Positions 25,763-40,527 of a stretch of 64,000 bases of DNA are shown here, one piece after another. Numbering within the stretch: position 1 is the stretch's first letter; the number at the start of each line of letters is the position of its first letter. The translations under genes and the position numbers were made by a program. The notes beneath the pieces were generated by a model that saw only the letters and a program-made list of their open reading frames with translations, was not told the origin of the DNA and made no database searches. The stretch comes from Octopus vulgaris (taxonomy: Eukaryota): NCBI GenBank assembly GCA_951406725.2, contig OX597825.1, positions 74,028,001 to 74,092,000 on the forward strand. The letters are read 5' to 3'.

Positions 25763-25993
25763 ATGTATGCATTTATGTATGTATGTATGTATGTATGTAT
25801 GTATGTATGTATGTATGTATGCATGTATGTATGTATGTATGTATGTATGTATGTATGTATGTATGTATGCATGCATGTATGTATGTATGTATGTGTGTAT
25901 GTATGTATGTATGTATGTATGTATGTATGTATGTATACGTCTGCATACACATACACACGGACAACATACAACGCGTATATACATAATACATAT

Positions 25994-26045
<52 letters not shown>

Positions 26046-26145
26046 TCATAAACACATGTGCATTCAAAATATATGTATTTCGTGTTCATGTATTATATAT
26101 ATATATCTGCATGTATGTAAATATGTATGTATGTATGTATGTATG

Positions 26146-26181
<36 letters not shown>

Positions 26182-26225
26182 CATAATTACATGTATGCAT
26201 GTATGCGTGTATACATATGTACACA
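25763..26225. repeat. (TATG)n/(TA)n microsatellites
   Basis: Direct inspection. Confidence 0.95.
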
Positions 26226-27402
26226 AATCATATAAGTGCGTAAGCAAATGGAAGACAAAAGTGTACTCAATACTGGTGTAAAGTAATACTAATTATTGGA
26301 AGGTGAAACTATGCAGCCATTACTTTGAGTGAAAGACATAACATGAACTTGCATATGTAATAAGTATAATATAAACATTTTGGGAGTTTATAATGAGAGT
26401 ATGATACGGAATGGGGGGGGATGTTGTTGGTTAAAGGTGTTAAAGGTGTTTGAAACGGGAGAAGTTATTTTAACATAGGTTGGAAGGAGAAATAAATCAT
26501 ACAGACGCATGGTTTAGATGTAGGTGTCAGGTAAGGAATTTGTTTCCCAAATTCGTCAAACATATATCACAAAGTATGTTTACTAGAATCATGGCGAGTT
26601 TTTATTGTTTCGTATTCGTTTACCTTATATAATATGGTTTCTACTGCTTCAGTATTACTCATTATCTTCATGGTATTTCATAACTGGAAATTTTAAGACC
26701 TCTACAAACTATTTCAGCGAAAACAATATTTATAGTTACTGACCTTGTTTTTCATTTCCTGGTAACCGAGATACAGTTGACTGCAACGATGAAAGCAATA
26801 TATATTTACATATTAAATCGCAGAAGATTTATTCGAGATATAAAAATATATTCAGAAACTGCTAGAGCTTTCTACACATAACACACCTCTCTCTTTCCCT
26901 CTCTCTCTCTCAGACTAAGAATTGTATTTTTAGTGGTAACACAATGAACAATTGCATAAGAGACTTGCTAATGCATGGCTGTTGTATATAAAAGCAAAAG
27001 CGGTTTACAATGTTGATTTTCAAAATCCCATAAAACTACTTTGTGGTCGTCACGAAAATATCTTACAATGGTTCGGTCTGTTGTGTGATAACAACGGAGC
27101 AGGCAAATGGAAATTTGATAACCTTTATAAGAGGGTCAACATTGCGGAACAGTTCCTTCTTGATTCTTTCGGGAAACACGCCATAACGTATGAATTCCCA
27201 GTTTAATAACTGCAAGTCACTACTTCGGTTCAGCAATAAAAAAAAAAAGCCCCAAATTGTTGTATACCTTGCAAAACAACTACCGTTTTTGAAATATAAG
27301 GGAACTATATTTCACTCGGGTGAACATTCGACGTTTCCAAATAAAAGTTTGTTCATAAAGTCTTGTTGCACACAGACACACAGACACACAGACGCACACA
27401 CA

Positions 27403-27735
<333 letters not shown>

Positions 27736-28404
27736 GTGTAATACAAACACAAGAGACAAATATGTACATGTCTATGATAAATATAAGGAATAGAAATAAA
27801 TAGGCAAACACAATAATGAACTGTATAAAGGGCACGGAAACGAACAATATAGTAAGTAAACACATATATACACACAAACACACATACAGTAAATTCACAA
27901 ACGGCCGCAACATCAATAATGCGACTGACAACAGCAACAACAACAACCACAATGGCAGTAACGTGGGCGAACAAACACAGAGGGATACAGGAACGGTACA
28001 AAAAATCAGAGTCAAAGGCAGCTACAGTGGCAACAGGGGAGGGGACAGATGTGAGGGAACGGTCATAGTGCTACTAAGAACAATGACACACGCGCGCACA
28101 CAGACACATACAGTCACACAGGTACACACCCACACAAATACTGACATAGACGTATGCGCATACAAGGATACGCATCATAGAAGAACCAAATGGACTAAGC
28201 GGAGCAGCAGCACATAGAGAGGATGAAAAATGTTGTTGAAGAGGTCACAGATGTGTGACGAAGTATTTCCAGAAAGTAAGAATAGTAATAAACGAGCGAA
28301 GAACAAATATATAATGCCTGTGTTTATATAAGAAAAAAATAAAATAACCATCCCGAAATACGACACTGTTTCACACTAGGTACCTGGCAACACAAATTCA
28401 TAAA

Positions 28405-28479
<75 letters not shown>

Positions 28480-28978
28480 GTATGTATATATATATATATA
28501 TACATATAAATATATATATGTATGATGTATATATTTTTTATGTATGTATGTATGTATATATATGTATATATATATGTGTGTGTCTGTGTGTGTGTGTCTG
28601 TGTGTGTATGTGATATGTGTATGCGCAAAAACGAAATACCGGCCAAAAACTTCAAAATTCACCAAAGATTAAATTATATTTATAACAATCCAAATACAGG
28701 TGTATATAAATAAAGATACGATGATAGATGAAAGACGATTCCTAAATAAACAGCTTAATTACATTCTAATTAATATAATCTTTGCTACACATATATTTAG
28801 GAGAGTCATTTACGACCATTAAATAAAACAATATCAGAATTATAAACAAGGTTTAGCACGCGTGTAAACAGGCTATACAGCCTGTATAAACAGATATTGT
28901 ATTGTTTAAAACAATCTTGAAGAGTGAGAGAAACAATAAACACATACATACTTCCATGTTTAGAGATATCCACGCATG

Positions 28979-29012
<34 letters not shown>

Positions 29013-29088
29013 TGTATGCATATATGTATATATATATAAAAATTTATATATATATATATATATATATACATACATATACATATGTATG

Positions 29089-29436
<348 letters not shown>

Positions 29437-29497
29437 TAGATATACATATATAGGAGTGATAGTGTGAAAGTCCGCACGCAAGATTCGAGGTAAGTAA

Positions 29498-29552
<55 letters not shown>

Positions 29553-29559
29553 TACATAT

Positions 29560-29699
29560 ATAAGAGTAACTATTTAATCTTTTTAATGTTTCCTGCCCTT
29601 TGAAATTACTATTATTGGTGGTTTGGGCTTAAACTGCTCTTTCCATCATGGAAGGTGTCCTGTTAAGGTCACTTCTTTTGTGTATCAAATCGTACACTA

Positions 29700-29700
<1 letters not shown>
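29560..29700. repeat. Unclassified (TA)n-associated interspersed repeat (second copy at 31742-31848)
   Basis: CCCTTTGAAATTACT.TTATTGGTGGTTT.GGCTTAAACTGC...AAGGTGTC.TGTTAAG is shared by both copies. Confidence 0.75.
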
Positions 29701-29772
<72 letters not shown>

Positions 29773-29836
29773 GAGAGAGAGAGAAAGAGAGAAAGAAAGA
29801 TAGAGAGAGAGAAGGGTGAGTACGTGTGTGTATATA

Positions 29837-31412
29837 CACTGCGTTCCACATTATTAAGCAAATCAACTTTCTCTGAATAAATAAATGTATATTCGTTCAA
29901 AACAAGTTGTTTCCCCACTGACTGTTGGCAACACCCATCTGCGCACATTCTGTTGAAACAAATTTAATCTGCTCTGACGAAAACAAACAGCGGCCATTAT
30001 CGTGTAGCAGCAACATTTCTGTTGTCCCAAATTATCAGGCAGGTGCCTAATTTAAGTGTCATTATGAGTCAGAAACGTGATCTTATCTCAATGAGAAGTC
30101 TATTATAGTGCCAGAGCTTGGAAAATGAAAAACAACCATAGAAATATCAAAAATACAGGAAAGAGATCACCGAATAGTGAAGAAAGATATTTGTGCAGTC
30201 TCCTATTTTCTTCTGGTCGAGGGTAGATAAGTGTAAGTCGAGGGCTGCTCCGAATCGTACTTTGTCACGTATGGAAAAGGGGAGTTGTGACGAACCCATG
30301 TCTGACATGTAGAGAGGTCTTCAAACGTTGTGGCAGGGAAGACGTATCGAAAGCTACCAGTTGTCGCCGCTTGAAGCAGGGAGACAGGAATGTTAAACCT
30401 GTTACAAGGCCCACTCTGAAGGCTGTTCATGAGCAGAAGAGACTGAAATAGGCAGAAGAATACATGAAAATAGATGTTTTAACAGCTCTGTTCACTGTCG
30501 AATGCCGTGCCACCCTTGACGGACCAGATGACTGGAGTAAATGTTGCGTATCAATCAGCTGGAACCGTCCTCATCGTTTGAGACGCCAACAGGGGAGGTG
30601 GGGGTCATGTTTGGACTGGCATCGTTGGTGGTATGATGGTCGGGCCATAGAAAGTCCCGGATGGCATTAAGATGACATTAAAAGCATAGATGTTACCTTC
30701 TTGAATGTGGTTCAAAAAGCAAAAATCTTTCTGTCAAGAGAAAGCTCGTCTTCATGCAAGACGATCCCCCGTCTCATGCAGCGAAGAATTCTAAGGAATA
30801 CCTAGAGCAAATAGGCTTCGTTTGATGGAGTGGCCACTATGTTCCTCTGACTTAAACCCGATCGAGAATCTGTGAAGAGTCCTGAAAATGCACGTTTATA
30901 AAGATGGACGACAGTTTTCAAATAAAGTTGCCCTCTGGGATGCTATTGTAAATGCTGCTCAAAGCATAACACAAGAGGATATCATCACCTTGACAAATTT
31001 AATGGATCAGCGCGTAAGAAAGGTTATTTCGTGTAGAGGATCATATATCAAACATTAGGAGCTATATGACACCATAATTCCATCATTATTTTCATTCGAA
31101 CGTATTATGTTTACCATTAAGTCTCTTATGAATAATTTTTTTGTTAAACCTTTACTGTTGAATTAAATAAATGTTTGTTCTGATATAATTCTCATTTTTA
31201 TTATACTTGCCTAATAATGTGTGACAGTGAAAATTTTGCCCAATCAAAAAAATGGCTGCCATTTGCTGGCGTCTGTGCAGATCCAATATGCATTAACAGA
31301 ATGTGCGCAGATAGGTGTTACCAACTGTCAGTGGGAAAACAACTGGTTTTAAACGAACATACATTTATATATTGAGAGAAGGTTGATTTGCCTAATAATG
31401 TGGGATGCAGTG
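29837..31412 (+). mobile_element. Full-length decayed Tc1-superfamily transposon, TRT/DD37E-like
   Basis: TA TSDs (29835-36, 31413-14); ~120-bp imperfect TIRs CACTGCGTTCCACATTATTAAGCAAATCAAC...GCGCACATTCTGTT. Confidence 0.92.
30063..31058 (+). pseudogene. DD37E-type transposase pseudogene
   Basis: Starts MSQKRDL; FTVECRATLDGPDDW; LRRQQG; FMQDDPPSHA; WPLCSSDLNPIENL*; ends GSYIKH*. Multiple stops and frameshifts. Confidence 0.85.
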
Positions 31413-31482
31413 TACACACGTACTTCGCTATATGAATGTGCAATTCAAAGTAGGTAGGTTTACTGACTTAGCTATGTGTGTG

Positions 31483-31693
31483 TCGCCATGTTGATTCGTT
31501 AGCTACTGCACGCATTTTTTTTTCTCTCCTTCTTTCTGTGTTTTTCTCTCTCTGTGTATCTTTCTGTTGAAGAGCGTAGGCTCGAAACGTTAAAGACTTG
31601 TTTTATTTATATTTCCTGAGCGCCATACTAATACAATTGTTCGTTTGTTTTCCACCTGCCTTCGTCTTTTGTTTATTTTCATAAAGCTTCCCG

Positions 31694-31695
<2 letters not shown>
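31483..31695 (+). mobile_element. Young PLE 3' module with minimal hammerhead
   Basis: Reverse complement of 18622-18833, differing by eye only in one poly-T length; ends in (TA)n. Confidence 0.9.
31559..31596 (+). ncRNA. Minimal type I hammerhead ribozyme (variant core)
   Basis: TCTTT CTGTTGA A GAGC GTAG GCTC GAAA CGT T AAAGA; predicted cleavage after GUU at 31591. Confidence 0.7.
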
Positions 31696-31745
<50 letters not shown>

Positions 31746-33831
31746 GTAACTGTTTAAACTTTTTAATTTTTCATTCCCTTTGAAATTACTCTTATTGGTG
31801 GTTTAGGCTTAAACTGCCCTTTTCATCGTGTAAGGTGTCGTGTTAAGTGAGTAAATGCGTATATATAAGTGTGTAAGTGTATATGTTGATCGGTGTATGT
31901 ATATATGTATGCATGTGTATATATATGTATATGTATGCATATACAGATGTCTTAATATATTTATATATATTGTACGTGAATGTATATATATATGTACATG
32001 TGAGCATATATCTGTGTGTATATAGGCATATATACATAGGTTTGTGTGTGGAAGGGTATATGTGAGTCTGTATGTGTGTGTCTGTGTATCCGACTCCTGA
32101 ATAACGAAGGTCAGCTATTGAAATTCACATATACAGCCAACCATGAAGCGATCAGGCGGTACAAAAATAGCCATCCACTATCACTCATAGCTGTCCTTCA
32201 AACGCATTCTGGCAGCAAACAACATGAATCTACCAGCTACTACTAAATTCAAGCGAAGACCAACGGACGGGATGGCCTTGAAGTCGAAGAGTTTAAACTA
32301 ACGGAAACAACACTAGAATATCACCGGAGGAAACACAACTAGATCTCATTATGCAAAAAACAGTTGCATAATCGGATACCTGTATTTTTGGAGAACTAAA
32401 TTGTGGAAACGATTGTAGTGATTGAAAAATAACTGTCTAACCGTACTCCTTCTTGTTGACTCCAATTTCTTCAATTTTATATTCACACACGACGAATACC
32501 CAAACATAAACTTGGAAGTATATAACACTGTTACCGGATAGTATTGGGTAATTCTGAGGGTGGACGAACTTATACTGTACTCTGTCAAGGCATGACTCGA
32601 GAATACAACTAAACTTTACAATTTAATGTCTGGAAGCACATCTAACAATAATATATAGTCTGTGTTACATCTTAGATAAACTATTGCAGGACGTGTCTTA
32701 TGTGAATCACAAAAATCATTATACATATTACGGGAAAATACATTGATAAATAGAAGAAATGAAGTCATGTCACGTTGCAGACACAAAAATAAATTTCTGG
32801 TTAAAGAAAAGAAAAAAAGATTGTAACTGATGACTAAGAGCAGTGAAAATAGTACTGAATACTCACAGTGCCAATATCTCCTCTCACACACACCAACACA
32901 TACACAAAATTAACCAATGAATGAAATTTCAGGAAAAATCGGCAATTTAGTGACTACAAGTATAAAATACAAACACTATACGGTGCATAGGAAAAATCAT
33001 ATTTTAGGGGCATTAGATAATAATATATGATAATTTTTTGAGAAACTGGATACTATGATGTAATCGAGTGCCAGATAAATTATGATTACTGAATTGACCA
33101 ACGAAAAGAGATAAACGACTAAGCCGCATTAGTAAAACAGGATATGATGACGTAATCGATAGAAAGATACAATGCAAATGCCGCGCTGGCCAATAAAGTT
33201 ATAAATAAAATGTTACTAATACAGGATGTGGTTTAGAAAATCATATATGATTATACATTAAGTGGAGGTGCGACAAGTACTGAAATGGTTAAAGAAAACT
33301 AATATTTTTCTGATAAGAATAATTTAGACAAAGAGATTTAAGAAAGAGAAAACCACAGCAACCAAGAAATTAGCTAATGGCAATAATAACGTACATAACG
33401 ATAAAAATTATTATCTGAAATAAAACGTAAATGGAAGTCTGATGTAATAGCGAAGCCAACCAAGACAAACAGCAGCAAAAACAAAAAACAAAAAAAAAAC
33501 GCTTTAATGAAGTAAAATTTTGAAATTGGCCAATGGGAACTGATATACAAAAGAATAGATCTTCTGCGGTGGAGATAAAATCAGCCCGATATAAAGGAAA
33601 CAAACAGATAAACAGTACACGTGATTAAGTTTATGACTATCACCTTGAAACCCGCGTAGCTAGGTACAGCGTTCCGTTAAAATAAAACGCACACACCTAC
33701 AGACACACGCACGCACACATACACACACACAAACACACACATACACACTAACACAAACACACAGACAGAAACACACATACACTGACACACACACACGCAT
33801 ACACACATCCTTACAGACAGACACACACACA

Positions 33832-33871
<40 letters not shown>

Positions 33872-34444
33872 TTGCCTTTCATCCTTTTCGGGATCAATAA
33901 TATAAGTATCAGTTGAGTACTGAGCTCGATTTAGCCAACTTAACCCCTTCCTAAATTGCTGGCCTTGTGCTAAAATTTGATACCAACGGTTCAGATTCAC
34001 TTTGACTTTGCCCTGTAGAGACGAAGTGGATTTAAAGATGAAGCATAGAATTAATTCTACTATCCAATAGAAAGATTCAAAGACGCCTAGAATATTATTC
34101 GATAAAGTATTAAGAAAACTGCTTTATTTTCTCTTTCTCTGCTTTTCATTCTTCTTTTTCTTTTCTTTCTTTTTTTTGCTAATAATGATGGAAAATAGAA
34201 TTTTGCGATGAATATAATTAAGGAAAAAGAAAAATATCTAAGTTTTTGTAGGTAAACACAAATTAAGGAAAATTGACAATAAATAAATGGAAATGGAAAG
34301 AAAGAACAAAACTAAATAGAAGGAATTCTAAAAAGGAAAAAGAGATCATTAGGATGGTGTGTTTGTTTTTGCTTTTAATCTTTACTAATCTTTTTGCCGG
34401 ATTAGTGAAGGAAAGTAAATAGAGGGATAACTGTCTAGTTTTAT

Positions 34445-34955
34445 TAATGATGGTGATGATGTTGACAACTGAGACATTGATCGGTGTTTGTGATGATGAT
34501 GATGAGGGCGATGATGAAGAGGATGTGGAAGAGGAGGATGAAGAAGAAAATGAGGAGGGTAATAAGGATGATAATGAAGATGGTGATGCTGATAATTAAA
34601 ATGATGATAATGATGTTGATGTTGTAGTTGTTGCTGTTGGTGGTGGTGATGGTGATGACGATATGATAATGTTGCTGCTGATGAAGATGATGATGATGAT
34701 GTTGATGATAATGATGATGATGGTTATGTGGATACTAATCGTAATGATGATTTTGATGTTGATGACTTTAATGAGGATGGTTCTGATAACGATGGTGAAG
34801 ATGATGACGGTGATGATGATGAAGAAGGTGATGATGATGATGATGGTAATAATGATGGCGAGGTAGGGAAGGAGGGGTTAAGGAGGGGAAAGTGGTTGTA
34901 GAGGAGGAGGAAGAGCAGGATGCTGCTACAGCAGCTAATGATGATGACGATGATT

Positions 34956-34993
<38 letters not shown>

Positions 34994-35064
34994 GATCCTA
35001 ATTAAGAAATTGGCAATACTCGTAAACAGAATAATGATAATTATATCCGTCTGAAGATGATGAC

Positions 35065-35103
<39 letters not shown>

Positions 35104-35105
35104 AT
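34445..35105. repeat. Degenerate (GAT)n low-complexity region
   Basis: Direct inspection. Confidence 0.9.
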
Positions 35106-35178
35106 TAGTGATGATGCTGACTTTTGTTGTCCTTCCAAATGTCTTTATGATCTCCCACTTGAAGAAGACTTTATAAGA

Positions 35179-35212
<34 letters not shown>

Positions 35213-35769
35213 GATGCCCTGATGCAGTACCAGGCAGTGGCTCTCATGGCTTCTGATCTTAACTGATTGGAAGTGTTATCATGTACATTGTTTTGTCTTG
35301 GTATAAAAGATGGGCTACAGCAAATATTCTGCTCAATACCACAGATTTGCTTGTCAGTTGTTTGACCTTAACCAGTTGAGCATGTCCCTTAGTGGCTGAC
35401 GATATGTGCATCTCTGATCCCGAGCAGAAGTAGTGGGGGAGCATCATAGCCATGTGTTGAGAGGGATTCTTTGGGGTTTGAATAGTTCACCTCTGGAAAC
35501 ATGGGTGGTTCTTTCAACATCCTTAAACAACCCTTATTCAGGGACCATTTGAGCGGGATGGGCTACTCAACCTGAAGAAAATTCTAACTGGGCCCCACCT
35601 GCAAGGTCATGTGCTGTTTATCTTGATATGAGATCACCATGTCGCGCACATATGGTTGTGATGCATGTGCCTGGTGTACCTTTATCAGACGGGTAGTCAT
35701 GATGGGTATATTGGGCTTCATATATTTTACCCCAGTGTCACTCTGATGGCATGAACTGCTCTCTCACTC

Positions 35770-35771
<2 letters not shown>
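35213..35771 (+). mobile_element. (AAT)n-inserted LINE 3' region, probably R4/Dong-type
   Basis: Flanked by (AAT)n on both sides; ends CCCCAGTGTCACT.TGATGGCATG.ACTGCTCTCTCACTC(AAT)n; further copies at 59304 and 62576. Clade is inferred from target preference only. Confidence 0.7.
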
Positions 35772-35813
<42 letters not shown>

Positions 35814-35855
35814 ATAATAATAATAATAATAATAAAAATAATAATAATAATAATA

Positions 35856-35927
<72 letters not shown>

Positions 35928-36399
35928 AAAAAAGAAAGAAAGAAAGAGAAACACAAAAACGCCAACGGCACTATTTTCTCATATTGTTGGAATGGCGAAA
36001 CATGTAGAAGGAAAACTCAATTTATAAACTACACAGATTCTTGCAGTTTTAACTTTGTGCAAAGTTTGCCTGAGGGCCAGAAGCAGAATTGAAGACCGCC
36101 TTTGCTGTTGTTTGCTGAATTTCAATAAAGTTGAATGTCTTGTCGCTGTCAGGTCATGGAAGTTATACGACTTTGGTAGCTTCCGAAATTCTACGTCTCT
36201 TAAGGGTTTAATCATTTACCGGAAGCTGTCAAAAGTGGTGACCTTTAAGGGCAGCGGCATCGATTTCCGTTAGGTTAATATTTGATTTATGTTTTGTTGC
36301 TTTCTCTTCGGTTGGTAAACCGAGATCAATGAAAACCGAATAAATTCGAATTAAGTAATTGATCTTTATACTTTAACTCAATTTGGGTCATTCTGTTGC

Positions 36400-36427
36400 T
36401 TTCTTCTTCTTCTTCTTCTTCTTCTTC

Positions 36428-36475
<48 letters not shown>

Positions 36476-36484
36476 TTATTATTC

Positions 36485-36538
<54 letters not shown>

Positions 36539-36625
36539 TCCTCCTCCTTCTTCTTCTTCTTCTTCTTCTTCTTCTTCTTCTTCTTCTTCTTCTTCTTCTT
36601 CTTCTTCTTCTTCTTCTTCTTCTTT
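36400..36625. repeat. (TTC)n/(TTA)n compound microsatellite
   Basis: Direct inspection. Confidence 0.95.
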
Positions 36626-36689
36626 CAATCAGTACTAACGCCATTAGCCACAAAAAAATCTCTAATTCGAGCCTACTCTAAGCTACTAT

Positions 36690-36820
36690 GAATGCCGGAG
36701 CCTCGTGGAGTTTAGGTGTATTTGTTCAATAAACACTCACAATGCCCGGTCTGGGAATTGAAATTGTGCTCTTACGACCGCGAGTCCGCTGCCCTAACCA
36801 CTGCGGCATTGCGCCTCCAC
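36690..36820 (-). mobile_element. SINE family C head
   Basis: CCGGTCTGGGAATTGAA...GAGTCCGCTGCCCTAACCACTG..CATTGCGCCTCC. Confidence 0.8.
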
Positions 36821-36824
36821 TTTC

Positions 36825-37050
36825 TTATTTCTTTACTGCCCACAAGTGGCTAAACACAGAGGGGAGAAACAAGGACAGACAAACGGATTAAGTCAATTAC
36901 ATCGACCCCAGTGCGTAACTGGTACTTATTTAATCGATCCCGAAAGGATGAAAGGCAAAGTCGGTCTCGGCGGAATTTCAACTCAGAACGTAACGCAGAC
37001 GAAATACTGCGAAGCATTTCGCTCGGCGTGCTAACGTTTCTGCCAGCTCT
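36825..37050 (-). mobile_element. SINE family A
   Basis: Near full-length match. Confidence 0.88.
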
Positions 37051-37454
37051 CCGTCTTCTTGTTCTTGTAGTCATCGTTGTCGTCGTTGTTGTTGTGGTAA
37101 TGGTTTTGGTGTTTGTGTTGGTCGTCGTTGTGCTTTGTCGTGGCTGTTGATTATCACCAGGGTATTTCCCATCGAGTAATCGTGTCCCAGTCATAATCAC
37201 CCTGTTGTTGACATAGCTGAACACGCGTGGGATAATGGTAAGGGTGTTGCAATCATGACCACCAGATCTTAGTTTCGATTTCCAGATTAGGCGGTGCGTT
37301 GTATTCTTGAGAAAAACATTTTATTTCAGGCTGCTCCAGTCTGATCAGCAGAAAATGAGTTACTCTACAATGAACTGGTGCCCCTTTCTGAGGGAGTTTT
37401 GGGATCTTGGTCACTTATACGCTATGGAAACCAAATAACCTGGTCTACGCGGGG

Positions 37455-37652
37455 ATCCTGGCTTTAAGAGTGTCGCGAAAGACCTGCTTGGAGGCCCAAC
37501 CTACCAGGTTCTTTTACGGGGCTTAGAAAAACTGAGGGATCGCTACAATAAGTGTGTGAATCTGAGAGGGGAATATGTTGAGTAAAATCATAATTAAGTA
37601 ATCCTTCTGTATTTTCTATTTCCTAAAGACAGGAAATTTTCAGTACTCCTAG
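37455..37652 (+). mobile_element. Mariner-derived MITE (same family as 13015-13612)
   Basis: Encodes ...LEKLRDRYNKCVNLRGEYVE*; degenerate TIRs CCTGGCTT and CAGGAAATTTTCAGTACTCCT. Confidence 0.75.
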
Positions 37653-38029
37653 GAGACCAGACATCAATGCCTAGGCGTTATCTTACATTCATTTGGTCTG
37701 TTAGCATCTAAAACCAAATTATATCCATCTCTTTTCGTGGTATTATGATGTAATTTGAGGGAATTATTTGAACTTAGAACTGCAACGAAACCTTATCTAA
37801 TAATCAGTGCTCCCTCCGCCTGCAGACTCACTTCCAACTACAGGTCAACTAATAGATGGATGACTGGATATCTGGATCAAATTTTGTCGGAAGTATGACA
37901 AATATCTTTTAAAAAATCGCTGCTTCTTAGATTTATCTTCCCCTATCGTTCAGAATTACAAACAACCTCCGCAAGGTCTTTTCCCAACCAATAGTAAAAT
38001 CACAATTGAGGACTCCCTACAAATGCAGT

Positions 38030-38395
38030 CAATCTTTTATTTGCTTCAATCATCAAACACCGGCCATGCTGGAGCACAGCTTCAAAGAATTTTATTCTAA
38101 CAAAATGACCCCAGTACTTATGTTTTTTTTTCAACCTCGGTACATATTCTATTGGTTTCTTTTGCCGAACCGCTAAGTTACGTGGACGTAAATACAACAA
38201 CACTGGTTGTCAAACATATGCATATACGCATATATATATACAAACAGGCTTCTTTCAGTTTCCGACTAACAAATCCATTCACAAAACGCTGATTGACTCG
38301 AGGCTATTGTAGAAGATACTTTGCCCAAGGCGCCCCGTAATGGGACTGAACCCGGAACCATGTGGTAAGGAAGCAAATTGCCAGACAGCTACGTC
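38030..38395 (-). mobile_element. SINE family B, diverged
   Basis: Head and tail motifs recognisable. Confidence 0.8.
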
Positions 38396-38592
38396 ATCAC
38401 CACGTCATCATCCACTTCCTCCTGCTCCTTTTGCTCCTGTTGCTGCTGTTCGCCCTCCCTCTTCCTCCTCCTCCTCCTCCTCCTCCTCATAGTCGTTGTC
38501 GTCATCACTATTAATGTCATCTTGTTTTTGATATCGTTTCAGTGGTTGCTGTTGTAATTGTTGTTGTTGCTGTGGTAGTAGTAGTAGTAGTC

Positions 38593-38630
<38 letters not shown>

Positions 38631-38631
38631 C

Positions 38632-38672
<41 letters not shown>

Positions 38673-39034
38673 TGTTATGTTTCTTGTTCTTCATAATCTG
38701 ACACAATAACGAAATATATTGGAGTCGTAAAATTCAACAAAACAAGCTTTTTCTATTAATTTCCACATAACTGTCATCTACTCTCCCCTTTAATAAATAT
38801 CCTGTTATGCCTACCTACACAATAAACTACCGAGAAAACCAGCGGTGACCAACTAGAAATAGCAGTTAAACCAACCTTTTGGACCAAACCGAAATATCTG
38901 AAGTAAAATAAAACCTTTAAGATGTATAATGTAGAGGCTGGGTACACATGAAGTCGGAATAATCAATAACATCGCGTCTTATAAGATTGGTTGACCTAGG
39001 GCTACAATTACAGATATAACGAGAAAAATATGTA

Positions 39035-39599
39035 TTGGGTTGTCCAGAAAGTTCGTGCCGATTTTTAAAGGAAAGAAAAGGTCAATAAATACTTGCCATT
39101 ACATTTTTAATTAAACAAATATGAAACATTTCGTTACACAATGCGTCTCCATCTTTCCTTTAACTTGAAAATACCCTCTTCCCAAAATTGAGGTGGTTTC
39201 ATCGCAAAGAATTCATCAAGATATCTTTTTACGTCATCCAAGGAATTGAGATTTTTATCATTAAGACTATTCTGCAGAGACCTGAATAAGTGGAAATCCG
39301 AAGGAGCAATATCTAGTGAATATGGAGGGTGGGGTAACACATCACAGCCGAGCTGCAGCAATCTTCGTCTAGTTCCCAAAGCATCAAGTGCCGAAAATGA
39401 ACTTTCTTATCTTCCGTTTTAAAGGGTTACAGAATTAACAGAGATTATAGGAACATAAACCTTCTTTGACGAAATGATAGCTTAAACTGTGCTCTAAATG
39501 GAGGTGTAGTCAAATCCTATTTTATGGACTCAACCATGTTCTAAAATAAGTCGAAAGTTAAGCTACTATAAATCGGCACGAACTTTCCGGACAACCCAA
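39035..39599 (-). mobile_element. Internally deleted mariner element
   Basis: TA TSDs; ~30-bp TIRs TTGGGTTGTCC.GAAAGTTCGTGCCGATTT. The N-terminus EDKKVHFRHLM is fused to the C-terminus DVLPHPPYSLDIAPSDFHLFRSLQN...GIFKLKERW (YSPDLAP.D mariner motif). Confidence 0.92.
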
Positions 39600-39779
39600 T
39601 ACATCACTAAATATAGTCTTCTATATAACAATATATATACATCAGTCGTTGTTGATACTTAAACCTATGTAGCACTGGTCGAGCAAAACTATGATCAAGC
39701 GCGTTCCAACTGTCATCAATATACTATTATATTTTTAGATATAGTGTATCTAGGAATTATTTTCTATTTTTTTATGCGC

Positions 39780-40082
39780 CCTTATCAAGCCTGGCCAGGC
39801 TCATGGGCCCAGTTTCCTGGTTTCTGTGACGTATGTGTTCCCCCCCCCACCTGGACGGGACGCCAGCCCATCACAACGTTACTCAAGAAATAGGAAGAAA
39901 GAGTAAGAGAAAGTTGGGGCGAAAGAGTACAACAGCAGTCGCCACCATCCCCTGCCGGAGTATCGTGGAGCTTTTTAGGTGTTTTCGCTCAATAAACACA
40001 CACAGCGCTCGGTCTGGGAATCGAAACCGCGATCCTCCGACCGCGAATCCGCTGCCCTAACCACTGTGCCATTGCACCTCCA
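39780..40082 (-). mobile_element. SINE family C (tail as in the 16660 copy)
   Basis: tRNA-like head plus CCAGGCTCATGGGCCC...GGTTTC tail. Confidence 0.85.
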
Positions 40083-40470
40083 TGTATGTAGGAATACATA
40101 ATTAAATTTTTTTCTGGAAAAAAGTAAAATACCTCCAGAGAGTCAGCGTGGAAAATTACGTCAATACACCAAATTTTAAAATTTCCACGGGTAGAGACAA
40201 ACAGAAAAGATCTGGTCCTTTGTTTTGTGGGTTTTTTGTGTGTGTTTTGTTTAGATAGTTCGGTGTGATATGAGGTGAATTTGGTGGCTATTTTCTGCAG
40301 AATGAACCACCTTATGCAAGCTCTTAATTCGGGTTGTTGATGATAATAGTAAAATATATCAACGAGATTAAACACCACCGGCAGTAGTCTTTAGAGAGAA
40401 GTGATTTAGAGGGAAAATGTTTGATAGAGAAACAAAGAGGGAAGAGAAGGAAATAGAAATGGACTGTAGC

Positions 40471-40527
<57 letters not shown>

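Noticed and set aside
34490-34600. Acidic D/E-rich reading frame
   Set aside because: Part of a degenerate (GAT)n tract with stops and no splice or start context.
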